From contig KZ538618.1 of NCBI GenBank assembly GCA_000934665.2, forward strand, positions 1 to 58,533: 58,533 nucleotides of DNA. Direction: 5' to 3'. Source of the stretch: Catajapyx aquilonaris (lineage: Eukaryota). The notes under the pieces were generated by a model. The model was not told the origin of the DNA. It saw only the letters and a list, made by a program, of their open reading frames with translations, and did no database searches. Positions 11,269 to 24,100 of the stretch are shown one piece after another; the stretch's first letter is position 1; each line of letters opens with the position of its first letter. The position numbers and the translations under genes were made by a program.

Positions 11269-11712
11269 CAGGGTGAAGGGAAACTCTCAGATAATCGCCA
11301 GGTAGACTGATAGTACTCACAAAACTAATATAGGGATGTGCAATTAGTTTTGGGCGCCGTTGCGTAGTTAATGCATACGGGGCATTGAAAGTGTAGAGGC
11401 CGGATGGTAAAATACGAGGTAAAAACGACAACGTGGATGGGTGTCGTACCCGGATTCTTACTCTGATGGGATTTGATCACCTATTGCACATGGACACTGT
11501 GTTACGGACCCAAGGCTGGATTGTTTAGAGATCCTCGAGCTGGCTTTTGCTTCTTTGAAGCTGGCGGAAGGGATGTGATGTACAAGAAACTTTGACGGCG
11601 CCATACGCATTAACTATGCAACAGTGCCCAAAACTAATTGCATATCCCTATATTAGTTTCACGAGTACTATCAGTCTACCTGGCAATTTTCTGTGAGTTT
11701 CCCTTCACCCTG
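11269..11712. mobile_element. Tc1/mariner-type MITE, family C copy 2, opposite orientation
   Basis: Same TIRs and TA TSD as 6609..7049; the interior 11401-11478 is the reverse complement of about 6840-6918. Confidence 0.92.
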
Positions 11713-12350
11713 TATAAGGGAAGTGCTCATGGGGGTGTGCATGTCTGGTTCTTGTGCCTTACATGGTGAGTATACTTGGTCACAGGAGGACCATCTTGAC
11801 TCAGGAAAATCCACTGATATGGGTGTGAGCCAAACTCTGATATGTTATAATCATTATGCTGCAAAACTGCCCACATGTGTTTCAAACTGACAGGTCACAA
11901 AAATGAAGGGATTAAGTGATGAACTGCTGTTGTATGATATATTCAGCCATAGAATAGTACTGATGTCACAAGCCTTATATTTGTTACTTACATAGTTGAT
12001 ATTGCTGACAGTAATAATTGTGAACCATTATGATGTCTGTACCATAGATACAGTATAGCAAGAAGGAAGTTGGGAAATGGATTTGAATTCACAACGGTCT
12101 TGGTGCACATAAACTACCATGTTTAGTCCAGGACATAGCTGAGGCCACAGTAGAGAAAGAAAATATGACTTGATGGACAGAAGGCAATCAACACCCTGAG
12201 TGATATTCAAGAGCTGTTTTTTCTCCATTGGCTTTATTTATGCACACCACATTTCCATGGACCTTGCTTACTCATAATTCTCATTCCTTTCATAAGTCTG
12301 TCTCAGAGACCTCCATGGAAACCGGCACACTCATAAAGGTGTCTGCATAC

Positions 12351-12398
12351 CCTCCTGAGACCTGATGTCCAATATATTGGACATCAGGTCTCAGGAGG
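12351..12398. repeat. Perfect spacerless 48-bp palindrome
   Basis: CCTCCTGAGACCTGATGTCCAATA|TATTGGACATCAGGTCTCAGGAGG. Confidence 0.97.
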
Positions 12399-13215
12399 AT
12401 ACAGAAGGCCTTAGCCCTCCCCTTGGTCTCAGGTCTTGTCCACCAGTCCCTCCTTCAGCTGAATTTTCCACACAACTACACAAGTGACCATTTCAACACG
12501 TTTCAGCCTCCCCTAGACCCCTACCCACCTCCCTCTCTATTATACTACTACTTCCTACCAGTCAAGCCCGGGCAATGCTAATTTCCCATCAGATCTCTTC
12601 TCCTACTGGCTGGCACTTCAATTCAAGGTGGAGGGCAAGTACCAAAGTATGATCAAAGAAATTTTTCGAAGGGATTAGGTGAGAGATGGAGCAAGCAGAG
12701 ATGGTTAATTCAAAGGGGGAGGTCAGGGGCTTGTGCCAGGGACTCCTGCATGTATCCTGCTTAACTCTCAGGAATTCGGACTTGAGAGTAAGTGAAGTCT
12801 ATGGAAACTTAGTAAAAGTCAAAGCAATGTACAGTACATTGCCTTCATCCCCAATGCATAAAATTGTTGAATGCAAATATCTGGACTAAATTATGGTAGT
12901 GCCTTTGTCATATGACCATACTTTATGAATCAAGAACATAATATTAAAATGAAATTTTGCTATTCCCCTTCCTTTGGTAATGTGATGATTGAGATTAATT
13001 TCAATAACTTTGAAATGTGGACTGTCACATGGTAACACGATGAGTTCTCCATTTGTCCCATAAAATATTTCATAAATAGAGGACCTCTGAATCACATATG
13101 ATGATATGAGAGTTAAAATTCATGGTCTAAGCAGGCAGTTATTAATAGACAGGGTATGGTTTATGTCAGTCACTTAATTTACAAAAAATTGAAAGCATCT
13201 AATGACACAAGTAAA

Positions 13216-13221
13216 TTTATT
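13216..13221 (-). promoter_or_regulatory. Candidate hig polyadenylation signal
   Basis: AATAAA on the minus strand about 215 nt past the stop codon. Confidence 0.4.
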
Positions 13222-13435
13222 CCAATGTGCAACATGGGTACTTATAATTTTGAATTTCATTTTTTCTTGAACTTAATGGCTTTATGGCCATTAGTGTGTT
13301 TTATGATCCACAAGGCATATTTGAAAGACAAAGACCTACTCTTTAAAAACTCCCTTATTTCTTGATTTTTGAATACCGTACATTGTCAATTGCACATAAA
13401 TGCCTAATGTAGTTGAATTAATTAATAATAGAAGA

Positions 13436-13737
13436 TTAATTGATGGGCTCAAGAGGACCTTGCGTCTCTGTCATCTTACTTTCTTCTTCCTCTTCTGGGA
13501 TGGTACGAACGTCACCTTTCATATTACCATAAGGTTGGAATTGGTGATGACTCCCCCGACATTCAGGCAAAGGACCAGACCATGTTCCATTAGCCATGCA
13601 AAGCAATCTGGATGGACCCAGAAGTTCCAGTCCGGGAGGGCATGAAATTATCAGGTTGTCTCCTGGCAAATACAGAGACTTGGCTGGTTCAAGTTGTCCA
13701 CTTGCAAGTGGTCCAGGTGATGGGCAGGCCACTTTGC
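13436..13737 (-). CDS. hig: hig last coding exon (CCP domain plus acidic tail)
   Basis: ttctag|KVACPSPG...[10 protein letters not shown]...EEEEE...PIN*. Confidence 0.9.
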
Positions 13738-16700
13738 CTAGAATCGAAACAGCATTATTTAAAAATGAGTGATGCCTGTACGCTGATACAATATCATTGA
13801 AGAATGAAAATTCATATAGCAGAGCATGTTTTTTCACAACATACCTTAAAAATATGAGAAAATAATGATCCTTCAACATGCAAGCCTACCTCTTGCCCTA
13901 TTTGATGTCTGTATGTGACCCTTTATTATTAATTACACTGTCATTCTCTCTCAAAGGCAATGGTGGCAAGATTAAGCTGCAATGTTTTTAGACTTCTCAA
14001 AGTGAAGTGATAATTTTCCAAAAAACATAATATTGACCAGTTCAGCTTCAAACAAGAGCAAGGAAGAGGGTATGTAGAAGAGTTCATGCTATTCTACAGA
14101 TGCAAGCACTTCTTCGGCTATCTCCAATCTAAACGTAGATAATGCTATTCAGTGTGGGCAGCAAATACAAAAACTTGATCATGTTACCCTGGGTGTAGGG
14201 TGGTAGAAGAAATCAACAAGTTTTTGCAGGCTGACTGATAAGGTTTTTTTTACATGCTATATGACTGACAGCCTGCAATGGACATAGTGGACATTTTATG
14301 CATATCTGTATTCAAAACAAAGTTACCTAACAGTTCAAGTAGCAGAAGCAATAAGGAGTCAACTTGCTAGATTGGTTCTTAGCCTTGAGAGCTGTTACAA
14401 TGAAAGTGACTTGGCAGTGTGAGGGATGTCTGGAAAGTAATGTCAGATAAATACCATGAAATAAAATCCCCATTGAATTGAAGACGTGTTGAACAGTTAT
14501 TTCTTTGCATAATTACAGTAATTTGAAGCATCTGTCTCACATGACACCCAAGTAACATATATATGCATAAGAGCCATGCAGAGGTTGCTAGACAAGCATT
14601 GATTTTTGACCCCTAGCTTCTACCCCAACTAGGCCTACTCCAGAAAATTAATTATTTGGTGTGACACATTGTTATAGTATTGTATCACTTATGCAGATGT
14701 CTCATGTCAAGCATGTTTTATGTTTCGGATTATTTTAAGACATGCTTATGACAGTTGCCATTCCAATCATCTATAAATCTAATACTGCATAAGGGGCAAT
14801 ATTATGAGTACATACAGAATGGTGTAGGTCCAGACCATATTCCAGTATCACTACAGATAGTTGTATCTTCACCCACCAATGCAAAACTATCATCACAGGT
14901 GAAATGAGCTGCTTCACCAGCAAGGAAGGTCTTCCTGTTGTCTACTAAATGGCCATGTTGAGGTGGGAGAGGACCTGGGCATTCGATGGCTACAATTATA
15001 AGATGGAATAAGAAGGAATGTGTAAAAGTGCCAGCATGAAAGTGAATTAATAAATTATTATTTACGTAAGAGGAATAGGGCATTTGAGCCTATTTGTTAG
15101 TGTGAAGCTATCACTCATGGAGTCCTGGGTTCAAACCCTAGTTCTGACACACCTAACAAGGATGTTCTGTTGTTTCCTGCAGTACCTCCAGAATCAGGAT
15201 GGTTTCCTTTCAAAAGGACAGAGGGATTTCACCCTCCTTACCTATCCTGCTCCTTAAAGAGTGAATGAAGAGAAAAGAAAATAGGAAGAAAGCCTTCAGA
15301 ATGTGCTCTTATTATTAGTTACTGGTTAATTTCATTTTGGAAATTTTAACATCAGCAACAATCCTGGTAATGCTTTCACTTCATGGTGAGGTTTATCACA
15401 CTATACCTTTGATTATATGCTGTGCAACATTTTTAAAACTCTTTTTGGAAAATGCCACGGTCCATGGGAGAGTGAGTGGGAAGGGAGGTGGAAGTGCAAT
15501 GTCTCAAATGGCTATTTTGTGTGTTTCCCCGGTTGGTTAAATTAATGGTAATCCCCCCCCCCCCCCACCCCCCGATGAAATTAGAGTTTTACCCACGTCC
15601 ACAGGATATGAAATTGGAAAAAACTCAGGCATGTGATGAAAGTTGGGACCCTTCCATCGGTGGTTGCATATGTTACCACAGCACCACTCTGCCTTCCCTT
15701 GTTGTGGACTTTTAGGGAAGATAGTTAACCCTTTTACTTCCCCATGAACTGAAGAGTATAAAGTACCAACTTTTTATTCTTAGGTATGGAGAGGAACATG
15801 TTACTGTACTTATTTTGGCACCACTTTCGATACTCAGGGGTAAAAGCAAGAAGGTTACATGGAAGGCAGGCATCATCCTGACTGCCTTTTTAGCTATTTA
15901 TAATCTATAATGTTAAAATCCTTGCTTTTTATGGTTATGCATGCCATCTGATTGGTCTGCCGCATATTGTTACCGCACGCTTCCTATTGGCCCCTGTTCC
16001 GAGCATGCGCAATGGGGGGGAGGGAGGGAGAGGAACCCCACAGCTGACTGCGAATGAGTTAACAACACAGGTCGTCTCTCCCGTATTGACCCTTCCCCAT
16101 GTTCCATCCACACCCATCCCACCACCGCACCGGTTTGGTCACTGCTGGGGATTTTTAAAAATGGTCGTATGCGTGGGTGTAGAAATGTATGGTAATGTTA
16201 CTATAATTGATCAGACTGCTTTAGAACTAATGGCATAACCACGATTAGAACGCAGAGGTTTCCCTTTTTTCGTTCGATTTGCTGGTAGTCACTTATTAGT
16301 CACTGCACTGAAATACGCATTGAGTGTGGGAAGGTACCTCCAAGACCATACTTCCCACCTGTGAAGGCACTGTGCCGATTTAGAATTTCCTCTGCCCGTA
16401 CACCAGGATCCAAAGTCGATGAGTCATTATCGCCTATTTCGGCAGCCTTGGAAGGTTTACTGTTCCATTATGGAAAATATTATATACTCACGAATACAAG
16501 TTGGGGCTGATCCACTCCAAGATCCATCAGCCCCACATTCCACCCCAGGGCGCCCCTCGAGGCGGTGGCTCTTAGGGCAAGCAAACACTGCTCTTCCTCC
16601 TACACTGTTGTTGTGTTCAATCGCAGCTAGATTAGGTGAAGGTGGTGGGTCTAAAGATGGACAGCGAACTTCTTCGCAGTGGGGCAGTTCCTCAGACCAT

Positions 16701-19700
16701 TGACCTGATAGAGATCAACTATTGAATACCACAATGAAAATTAAAAATAGATAATTGATATACTACATACCAGTAGCAAGGCATGTAAGATTTGATGCTC
16801 CTTCAAGTCTAAATCCCAACGGACAAGCAAATGAGGAACTGTGGCCTAAATGCACTGTACCACGTTGTGATATGCTCATTCGTGTATCATTGAATTGAAG
16901 TGGTGCACATTCTACAGCTGTAATTGGGGTTAATCACTCAATTGTCACAACATTTCATAATGCAGTAACCAACCTTTGACATCAATAGATATGCTATTTG
17001 TGAGACCTCTTGGAGTTGAGCATGTGTACACTCCGGAATCATGCGCTTTTGCGTAGTAAAGTGAGAGTCGATATCTCTTGTTACGTTCTTCTGGACTAAT
17101 AGCCCAACCTGACAGTGATGGTAGAAAATTGAGTCACTCGAATAATGCATTCAGTGAAGAGTTGTGACCTACCACTTGGATATTCCCTGAATGTTGAAGT
17201 CCATGTCCAGGTTGGGTTACCAATAGTTCTGAGAAAGAGGCAGTCAAAGTGGAGTATACTGCCAGGGTAGACTATCAATTGCCCTGCAGAACCCACAGCA
17301 GCAGATCCAGTTGGAATGTGAAATATGATACTAGGAGGAGAGTCCCCTATGAATGTAATGCATTACAATTAATATATTGCAGTGAATTTGGAGCACTCTC
17401 TCAGAGGTATGTTTGGGTTAGGGCATAGTAACGCTCTCACCAGGATTCGAACCTGGGGCCTCCAGTTTTGGTGAACTGTTGCTCTTCCAACTGAGCTATG
17501 AGAGCATCAACAAGCCTTTAATGGAGGGATTTTTCAGAGGAAATAGTGTATACTGATGGAATACTATTTACATGACTTTTAATACTGTGTCAGTGTGGTG
17601 GACCCATAATAATGAGTTGTGTCATTTGGCAGAGGTGCACGATGTTGTTATTCTTACATGTGCTAGTTGTTTCAATTGGCATCACAATATGGCACACCAC
17701 ACCATTGCTTCCTTGATCAGGATTTTTTTTAAAATTATCCATTGTTCATTATTTCATGATTTTTAAAGTGCCTCTGCCTATTACTGCTCCGTACAGAATA
17801 CATTACATGATGTCTGGTGACGTTCCTTCATGAGGCACTGTATGTGTAAAAAAGTAGTAATGTGCTGAAACTTGATATTGCATGGTGGCCAATCCCAAGC
17901 CTCAAGTTCATGCTGTCCACAAATTGCAGGTTTGCAGTACATGATTCACAACATGAGAGCACTATACGGTATAAAAAGAATGCTGTGATGCATTTATGTG
18001 TGAAATCCACAATAGTTTGGGCGTCAGACAACTTACGTACACAATCACCTTAATTATCCCGTGTATTTGGCAATTCCTTCATAGTAGAAGTACAGTACAA
18101 TATGTGTTGTAGGATTATATCATGCAGAAAATACAAGTACAAATGACAGAATAAAATAAAAATGAACCCATCATGCATTATTAAAAAAAAAATGCAGTAC
18201 GGTATATAATGAAGACAGATTTTAGTGTTGTTAAGTGGATTTAGGTTTTTCAATATTTGTGTGATATAAGAAACGTATCTCAAAACCTGAAAAGTTGGTG
18301 AGCTGTGTAGTTGGTACACATGTAGGAACCCTGCTGGACCATGCTCCATTATGGCATTGTAGGACTGCATTTCCAAGCAATTTGTATAACCCCAAATCTC
18401 GGCAACGGGCTTCAACAGCAGTCCCATGCGGAAATTCTACCCCTGCGAAACTCTGAAACAGAACATGTTGATCAGTGGACAAAGCATGCATTCACATAAC
18501 CTCAAGAAATGAAGGCGTTACCTTTAAACTGACGTTATGATAGGAAATGATTAGTTGACTGGGATTTATATGGAGAAAGCAGCTGCGTAGTAGAGGCTGG
18601 TATCGACCATTGTCTGCAAATTCAATAACAACAAAGAATTTATTATTCGCTCCTTGTCGGCTTAGGAAAAGTTGAAATACCCTCTAATCAGCTTGCTACC
18701 TTTGTTATTTTCTACCAACCAATCCCATTGAACTCTCTAACGCACTGTTGCATTTATTGTGAACACCATCTGTAAACACTATTCCTCCGGGTGCTCTCTT
18801 AAAGCAAACCAACCCCTCTGGATCCTTAAAGGCAGTTAACGCTTTAATGCGAGATTAATTACTTTGATGCGGGTAATCATGCTTCCCAGAAGCAGGGAAT
18901 TCGTATCCGAGAGACTTAAGCCGCTGCTCTGGAAGCAAGCCGAACCAGTTTGTACTGCACTAATTACGAAGCATGTCTACAGTGTACAACCACATTATTA
19001 TGATTCGACAAGGTCAGCCACAATGTAATGACAATCTGAATTTCACAGTTCATTCTCTGTGTATCCTAGCACTGAAGGGTCACCCATGTGCCTCTTTTGC
19101 TTGGAGGGACGTATGACTTCCAGGATGAACTTAGGACGTTGTTACATTTGGCTTCAAGAATATTTCGTGTTATTTTGTAATAGCACGGAGCGGATCGGAG
19201 GTAATAGCGTATCGTTCAGAGCACGCAGATTTCCATAAAATAGGAAAGAGCGATGTTGTTCTATAACACCATAATGTATAGATATGCAGAAGACACTGCA
19301 GATACATAATGTGAAGGCCTGATTTGCAGAAATATAAATCACATTTTAATAGAAATTGAGTTAGGCCATGTGTAATATACTTTCTGATGATAAAGTCAGT
19401 TTTCTGATAAATCACGGTGTTCTAGAGAAACGTTTGAAAAAATAACGGGCAGTACAGTTTTCAAAGTTAAAACCCACATGCAGTAGGCTACCTGGAAATC
19501 TTTCTAATTGACTTTGATTGCTCTGCATTTCAGATCTTCAGATCTACTTGTTTCACTTTTAGTACAGGGGGAATTTTACCGAGTTGCCGTTTTTTCACAA
19601 AGTGGATCAAGGTTCCATAGACCCTTCACGGCGTGCTACAACCACCTGTTTCTAGTTTTTCCCGCTTTTAGACTTCGACACGGCCACTGACAGATCGAGA

Positions 19701-21127
19701 ATTTATTAACGTAGACAAATGACCTAGAATACTGCCAATTTCACATTGTGGACTTGACGCAATAATTGGATGCTTAAATCAATCGAAATGTTCTACAGAA
19801 AAATGAATTTTTAGACATGATTACCTTCACCATCGGTGCAAAGTGGACCGACCCATTGACCGTCGACGCACTTAATCTTGCACTGTCGACGTTCCTGCAA
19901 TGGTCCCAAGGTTCCCATGAACCGGATTTCGGCTACTTCCATAAACTCCGGTCCGGAGTCCAGTTCAGTCCCATTCACGTTCAGTTCCGGCGGGGGACAT
20001 CCTTCACTCATCCACACTTTGAGATCCAATACAAGGTATAAAAGCTTCATTGGGAATATATGCACTTTTCTATATTTTTCCGACATCTATTGCGTAATAG
20101 TAGCCTACTGATAGTCGCCAGCAAAAAGTTTTTTTTGTTTGCTCCTGACTGTACTGCATCATATAGCTTTCGGACAGAAATTCTTGGGGTGTATTTTTAC
20201 TATTTAAAAATTATTTTAAGAATTATCCGATCAAACGACATGATCCTGGGATCGAACCTGCTGCCTTACTCTACTGGCCAGTGTGTTAACCACTACGCTA
20301 TCCCTAAATAAATTGTGCAAATTATCGCACACACACACACAATCACGATTACTTCTAATTTAGGACAAGTGAGTTCATTTGGAGTGCAGTAATGTAAATT
20401 TGCATATTCGTAACAAGGACATTCCATTTTAAGCCTCAGTATAGCGAAACAGGTCAAGTGCTGTATAAACAAAGGCATCTTGACATCACAAATCCAGTAC
20501 TAATTTCACTGTGCATTTTTGTGTACCGGTACGTGAACACGAGGAAAGAATGCAGTCCGATGGGAAGTCATTCTGCACATTTATAGTCATTTCCAGCACA
20601 AAATACGGGACTGCCAGTGACATAAATTCAGCTTGAAGTTGCAGCAGAGCGATAAGGCACGTTCCTAATTACGGCGGGCAAATAGCGAAAATTAGTCTGG
20701 ATGGGGTAGATGCGGATGGAGGGTTGGTGAGAGCGCTCGGAGAAGTTACTCTGGCTTTAAAAAAAGAACAAGGACAATGTCAACATTGGTATGGGCCTCG
20801 TGTTAGGATCGTGACCTAGTTAGGGGGGGCTCTCTGGTTCTCCCAAATCTGACATTTACATTGAGCCTCTAAACTCATGGCCTTGTGCACTCGCTCTACA
20901 GCCATTATTAGGATTTATATCTTGCCTCTGCCTTGCATACAGACTGTAACCTAGTAGCCCTCAGTTGAAACAGGACATTAGAAATGTAGGACAATCAATT
21001 TAAAATGGTATGACTTGCCTGTAGTGACCGATATGTCTGTAGTCGGAGCGGCGTGAATATGACCCAATGCAGCGAAGAGTAGTGTTAAAATTAGGATATG
21101 GCGGGAAATGGGTGTCACAGATCCCAT
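13436..21127 (-). CDS. hig: Hikaru genki-like secreted protein (signal peptide, Ig domain, about five CCP/sushi domains); 10 coding exons, 1704 nt, 567 aa
   Basis: complement(join(21019..21127,19825..20016,18522..18613,18287..18452,17173..17346,16974..17108,16771..16917,16492..16704,14816..14989,13436..13737)); all phases are compatible. Motifs [26 protein letters not shown] and [29 protein letters not shown], and the CCP-Ig-CCPx4 order, match Hig homologs as I recall them. Confidence 0.85.
14816..14989 (-). CDS. hig: hig coding exon 9 (CCP domain)
   Basis: ttgtag|[12 protein letters not shown]...[16 protein letters not shown]. Confidence 0.9.
15100..15250 (+). mobile_element. Degenerate SINE family A head and body
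   Basis: GTCCTGGGTTCAAACCC (B box) followed by GTTCTGTTGTTTCC...CCTCCAGAA, similar to 3793-3870. Confidence 0.55.
15440..15697 (-). mobile_element. Degenerate SINE family B
   Basis: ATATGTTACCACAGCACCACTCTGCCT and AGTGCAATGTC match the copies at 2.5 kb and 42.4 kb. Confidence 0.65.
15932..16241. mobile_element. Putative small DNA element in hig intron 8
   Basis: Short inverted ends TGGTTATGC and GCATAACCA bound a CpG-rich patch within CpG-poor DNA. Confidence 0.35.
16492..16704 (-). CDS. hig: hig coding exon 8 (CCP domain)
   Basis: tatcag|QWSEELPHC...[22 protein letters not shown]. Confidence 0.9.
16771..16917 (-). CDS. hig: hig coding exon 7 (CCP domain)
   Basis: ttacag|VECAPL...[27 protein letters not shown]. 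Confidence 0.9.
16974..17108 (-). CDS. hig: hig coding exon 6 (Ig domain, C-half)
   Basis: ctgtcag|WAISPEERN...DSGVYTC...DVK G|GTTGGT; carries the Ig DxGxYxC motif. Confidence 0.9.
17173..17346 (-). CDS. hig: hig coding exon 5 (Ig domain, N-half)
   Basis: ttcatag|[11 protein letters not shown]...REYPS G|GTAGGT. Confidence 0.9.
17432..17505 (-). pseudogene. tRNA-like sequence (pseudo-tRNA or solo SINE head) in hig intron 4
   Basis: Acceptor stem GCTCTCA/TGAGAGC, D arm GCTC-AGTTGGAA-GAGC and T arm CCAGG-TTCGAAT-CCTGG are all perfect. The anticodon loop is 8 nt (TCACCAAA) with a stem mismatch. Confidence 0.7.
18287..18452 (-). CDS. hig: hig coding exon 4 (CCP domain)
   Basis: tttcag|[10 protein letters not shown]...[13 protein letters not shown]...NFS G|GTTTTG. 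Confidence 0.88.
18522..18613 (-). CDS. hig: hig coding exon 3 ([11 protein letters not shown]...NVSLK)
   Basis: tttgcag| ... AAG|GTAACG, phase 1 to 0; too short for the ORF track. Confidence 0.85.
19825..20016 (-). CDS. hig: hig coding exon 2 ([10 protein letters not shown]...GPLCTDGE)
   Basis: Inside ORF 19811..20086; donor G|GTAATC. The AAAG acceptor was chosen for phase and is less certain. Confidence 0.8.
21019..21127 (-). CDS. hig: hig coding exon 1, signal peptide [26 protein letters not shown]
   Basis: Acceptor ttcattacag| (exon starts 21140), ATG at 21127, hydrophobic signal peptide, phase-1 GC donor CAG|GCAAGT. Confidence 0.75.
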
Positions 21128-24100
21128 GCTGACTCCGCACCTGTAATGAAGCTGGTTATTGGTGCTGTTTCTGCTGCTGATAGGTGAACAATGACATAGG
21201 TCGACAAACACAGATGAAAGTGGTTCTTGCATATCTTTTTGCCGGTCAGAAGTGATACTCTTGTAAATTGGTTAGAGAGATAAACATTTGCGCGAAACAG
21301 CAACCATAGCGGTATCGAGGAACAATTTATATAACAGTTTATATTTATAAAATATTTTAATGTCATTCTGTTATTGAGATAAAAGAGTACGGCACTTTTT
21401 ACGATCCAGCTCGGCACGTAGGAAAACCCGATTAGCATGCTTTATAATTTGTACAGAGTTGTTATAATGGCTCAAATGGACGACTGGCAGTAAAAGAAGC
21501 AACCTCATGCTGTGTTCATTAAACAGTGCAATATGAAATTTTAAGTGGAATTTTACTGAAAGGTACTGCACTCTAAGGTGCCGCCAGAAACGCAATGTTT
21601 TACACACCACTCGACGTAATCACAGCTCGTGTTAAATTGAAGCACATTGCATTACTCGGGTGTACTCGTTTTAGACAGAAACACACACAGGCAACATCCT
21701 CCCTAGATGTTGCAATTTCCGGCGCGTATATGAACATAATAACTAACCTAATGAGATAATTATGTCAGCAAGTTAGTCTTAGGAGGCCTCTTTGAGACCT
21801 TAAGTTGAGAGGGGAAATATTATTTAGGAGGAAGGGGAGAGGCGGGTGTAATATTACTAGTACGTCCTTGTTTACGTTTTACATAATGATTTGAATTTTA
21901 AATATTTTGAGTCACAAGAAAAGCAGGTCCGTGGAAATATTCACAATTTCCCTGTAAAATCTCATTTTGTAGGAATTAATTTTTTTTCATAAACAAATCG
22001 TCAAGTTCTGGTTACGACCAACCCAACTAATAATCTTCATTAATTTCCCTGCAAAATCTGACAACTTCGTGGTAGTTAACAGTATCTATGACATAATATT
22101 GACTTGGAGCCCATGCAGTGAATATCGTAACGTTGGTCTAATAAAACCTATTAATATTATTTTCAGAAAAACAAAGTAAACCAACACTGTATTTATAGCA
22201 CAAGCTCTGACGATACATGCAAACTGAACCCAATTACAGGTGTTCAAAACCAGGCAGCTATTCCCAGCAACAGTTATTCAGTGCGCGGTGACCACATGCA
22301 CTGTGAAATGAACCTTGCAGTTGCCTAATCACGTGCGTAAATATCATTCAACGCGAAAGGGCAAACGACACGAAACCTACCAATGGGTGACAGGCCACGC
22401 TATTTGCACCGGACTGGGTGCCGTCATCACCCGGCGCACATCACAGTAACAAAGAAAGTCACAAGGATAGGTCCAGTCCAGCTACAGCCTCCCGCCCAAC
22501 TGTACCGCTTTCTATTTTTGGGGGGGTTATAGGGAGGTGGGAGGTGGCTTGCTCCCATCCCGAGGGACTTGCATACTAGACGGATCGATTACAACAATCT
22601 ACCACTAACCCGCATCTGCTTTTGGGCTCGTGTCATGCATAAGGCCACCAACTATGGGATTGCTATGAATTTTCAAAAAGAAAAAAAAAAGAAGAAAAAA
22701 AATAATCACAGAGAGTGTCGATTGTCGATTTGGATGTTCCGAGGGGGGAGGGTTGGAAACAAAATGGGTTCGTTATATATAATGCACATACGCAATTACA
22801 ACCGATTGAGGACAAAGATTGCGCCTGTGCGGGGGAAATCTGAAATCGTTACTTGTTATAGAGAAAAGGGCTCAAATTATCAGATGGCCTGAGGGAGACT
22901 TCTCTGGAAATGGTGCCAAATGGTCTTACCTTTGCAGGTGCTGTGGGTGTGTTTTCGTTGGGAACATAACGTTAGTATGATAAGACAAGTGGAAAAAGAC
23001 ACTTTCCAGATGTCGATCAGAGTTGCAGGAGGGTTCTATAAGTGCTGGTTCTGTTGTCACGAAATGAATTTTAGTTAGGGTTGGTTAGTGTTTCAGTTTG
23101 TGGCTTGTTCTGGGCCCTTATGCTGATAACATATTAAAATTATTGCGGAACACGACAAAATCGTCGGATATGTCATTAAGATTAACACCCTATCAATTTT
23201 GTGTTTTTGACACGTAATTACAACCATAGAAACTTAACACATAATTTTCAAGGATCAAAATAACACTAATCTCTCAAAGGCCCAAATAAACCCCAAGGTT
23301 TCGATTCGCTCCACTGCACTGCACTGCAGTCATTTAGATTAACCTAATATGTAACCTACATTTTCAACTTATTACATACTCAGCACTCAACCGAGAAAAA
23401 TTCTGGCAATACATATTTATATTCAAATATTGCGGACTGACCTGTCAAAAATTTACTTGAGGATTGCAGTAGTGCATACCACTAGGGAAATATTTGTAAA
23501 TTGGCAATGCAGTGCATATCAAATGAGACCTTGTTATCCTGCTCTGTTCCCAGCAGAAATTGCTAGCAATAAATCAAGGCCGGTCTCATGTGCCGCGGAA
23601 AAAAGGCAATACATTTATTCTTGCGCAACTTGGGCCATAAAACGGCAAAACTTTGCATTATTCCATCCAAACAAGTTTGCGAATGGAGGAAATTCCTTGC
23701 GGGCTCCTCCAACGCCCTGAATCCCTTTTATTGCCTTTTGGAAGATTCCATCTCAGGCTCTCGTGCCCGTAGAAATTCTCATCCCAGCAACAGGTGCCAG
23801 GGTGGCCTCGCGACAATACCCTAATCCCCCCACCTCCTCCCCTACCACCCACATGTTCCCCTTGTATTGATTGCCTCTATTTCTATACATGTGTACTGCT
23901 ATGTCCCAAATGTTTAGTTTGAACGGGATCAAATATTGTTGTTTCCATTTTGGAATATAGTTTCGCCACCTGTTACATCGATTTGATTATTTTTTAGCAT
24001 ACTGTATATATACTCTTGTGTACCTGTTTATTATGGGAGCACAGCTGCATTGTGTACGCCAATGTGATGTACATCCTAGAAAACTATGCAAATACATATT

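Noticed and set aside
18690..19700. Coding-looking minus-strand stretches in hig intron 2 (e.g. [15 protein letters not shown])
   Set aside because: Interrupted by stops with no phase-compatible splice pairs; exons 2 and 3 already join in frame.
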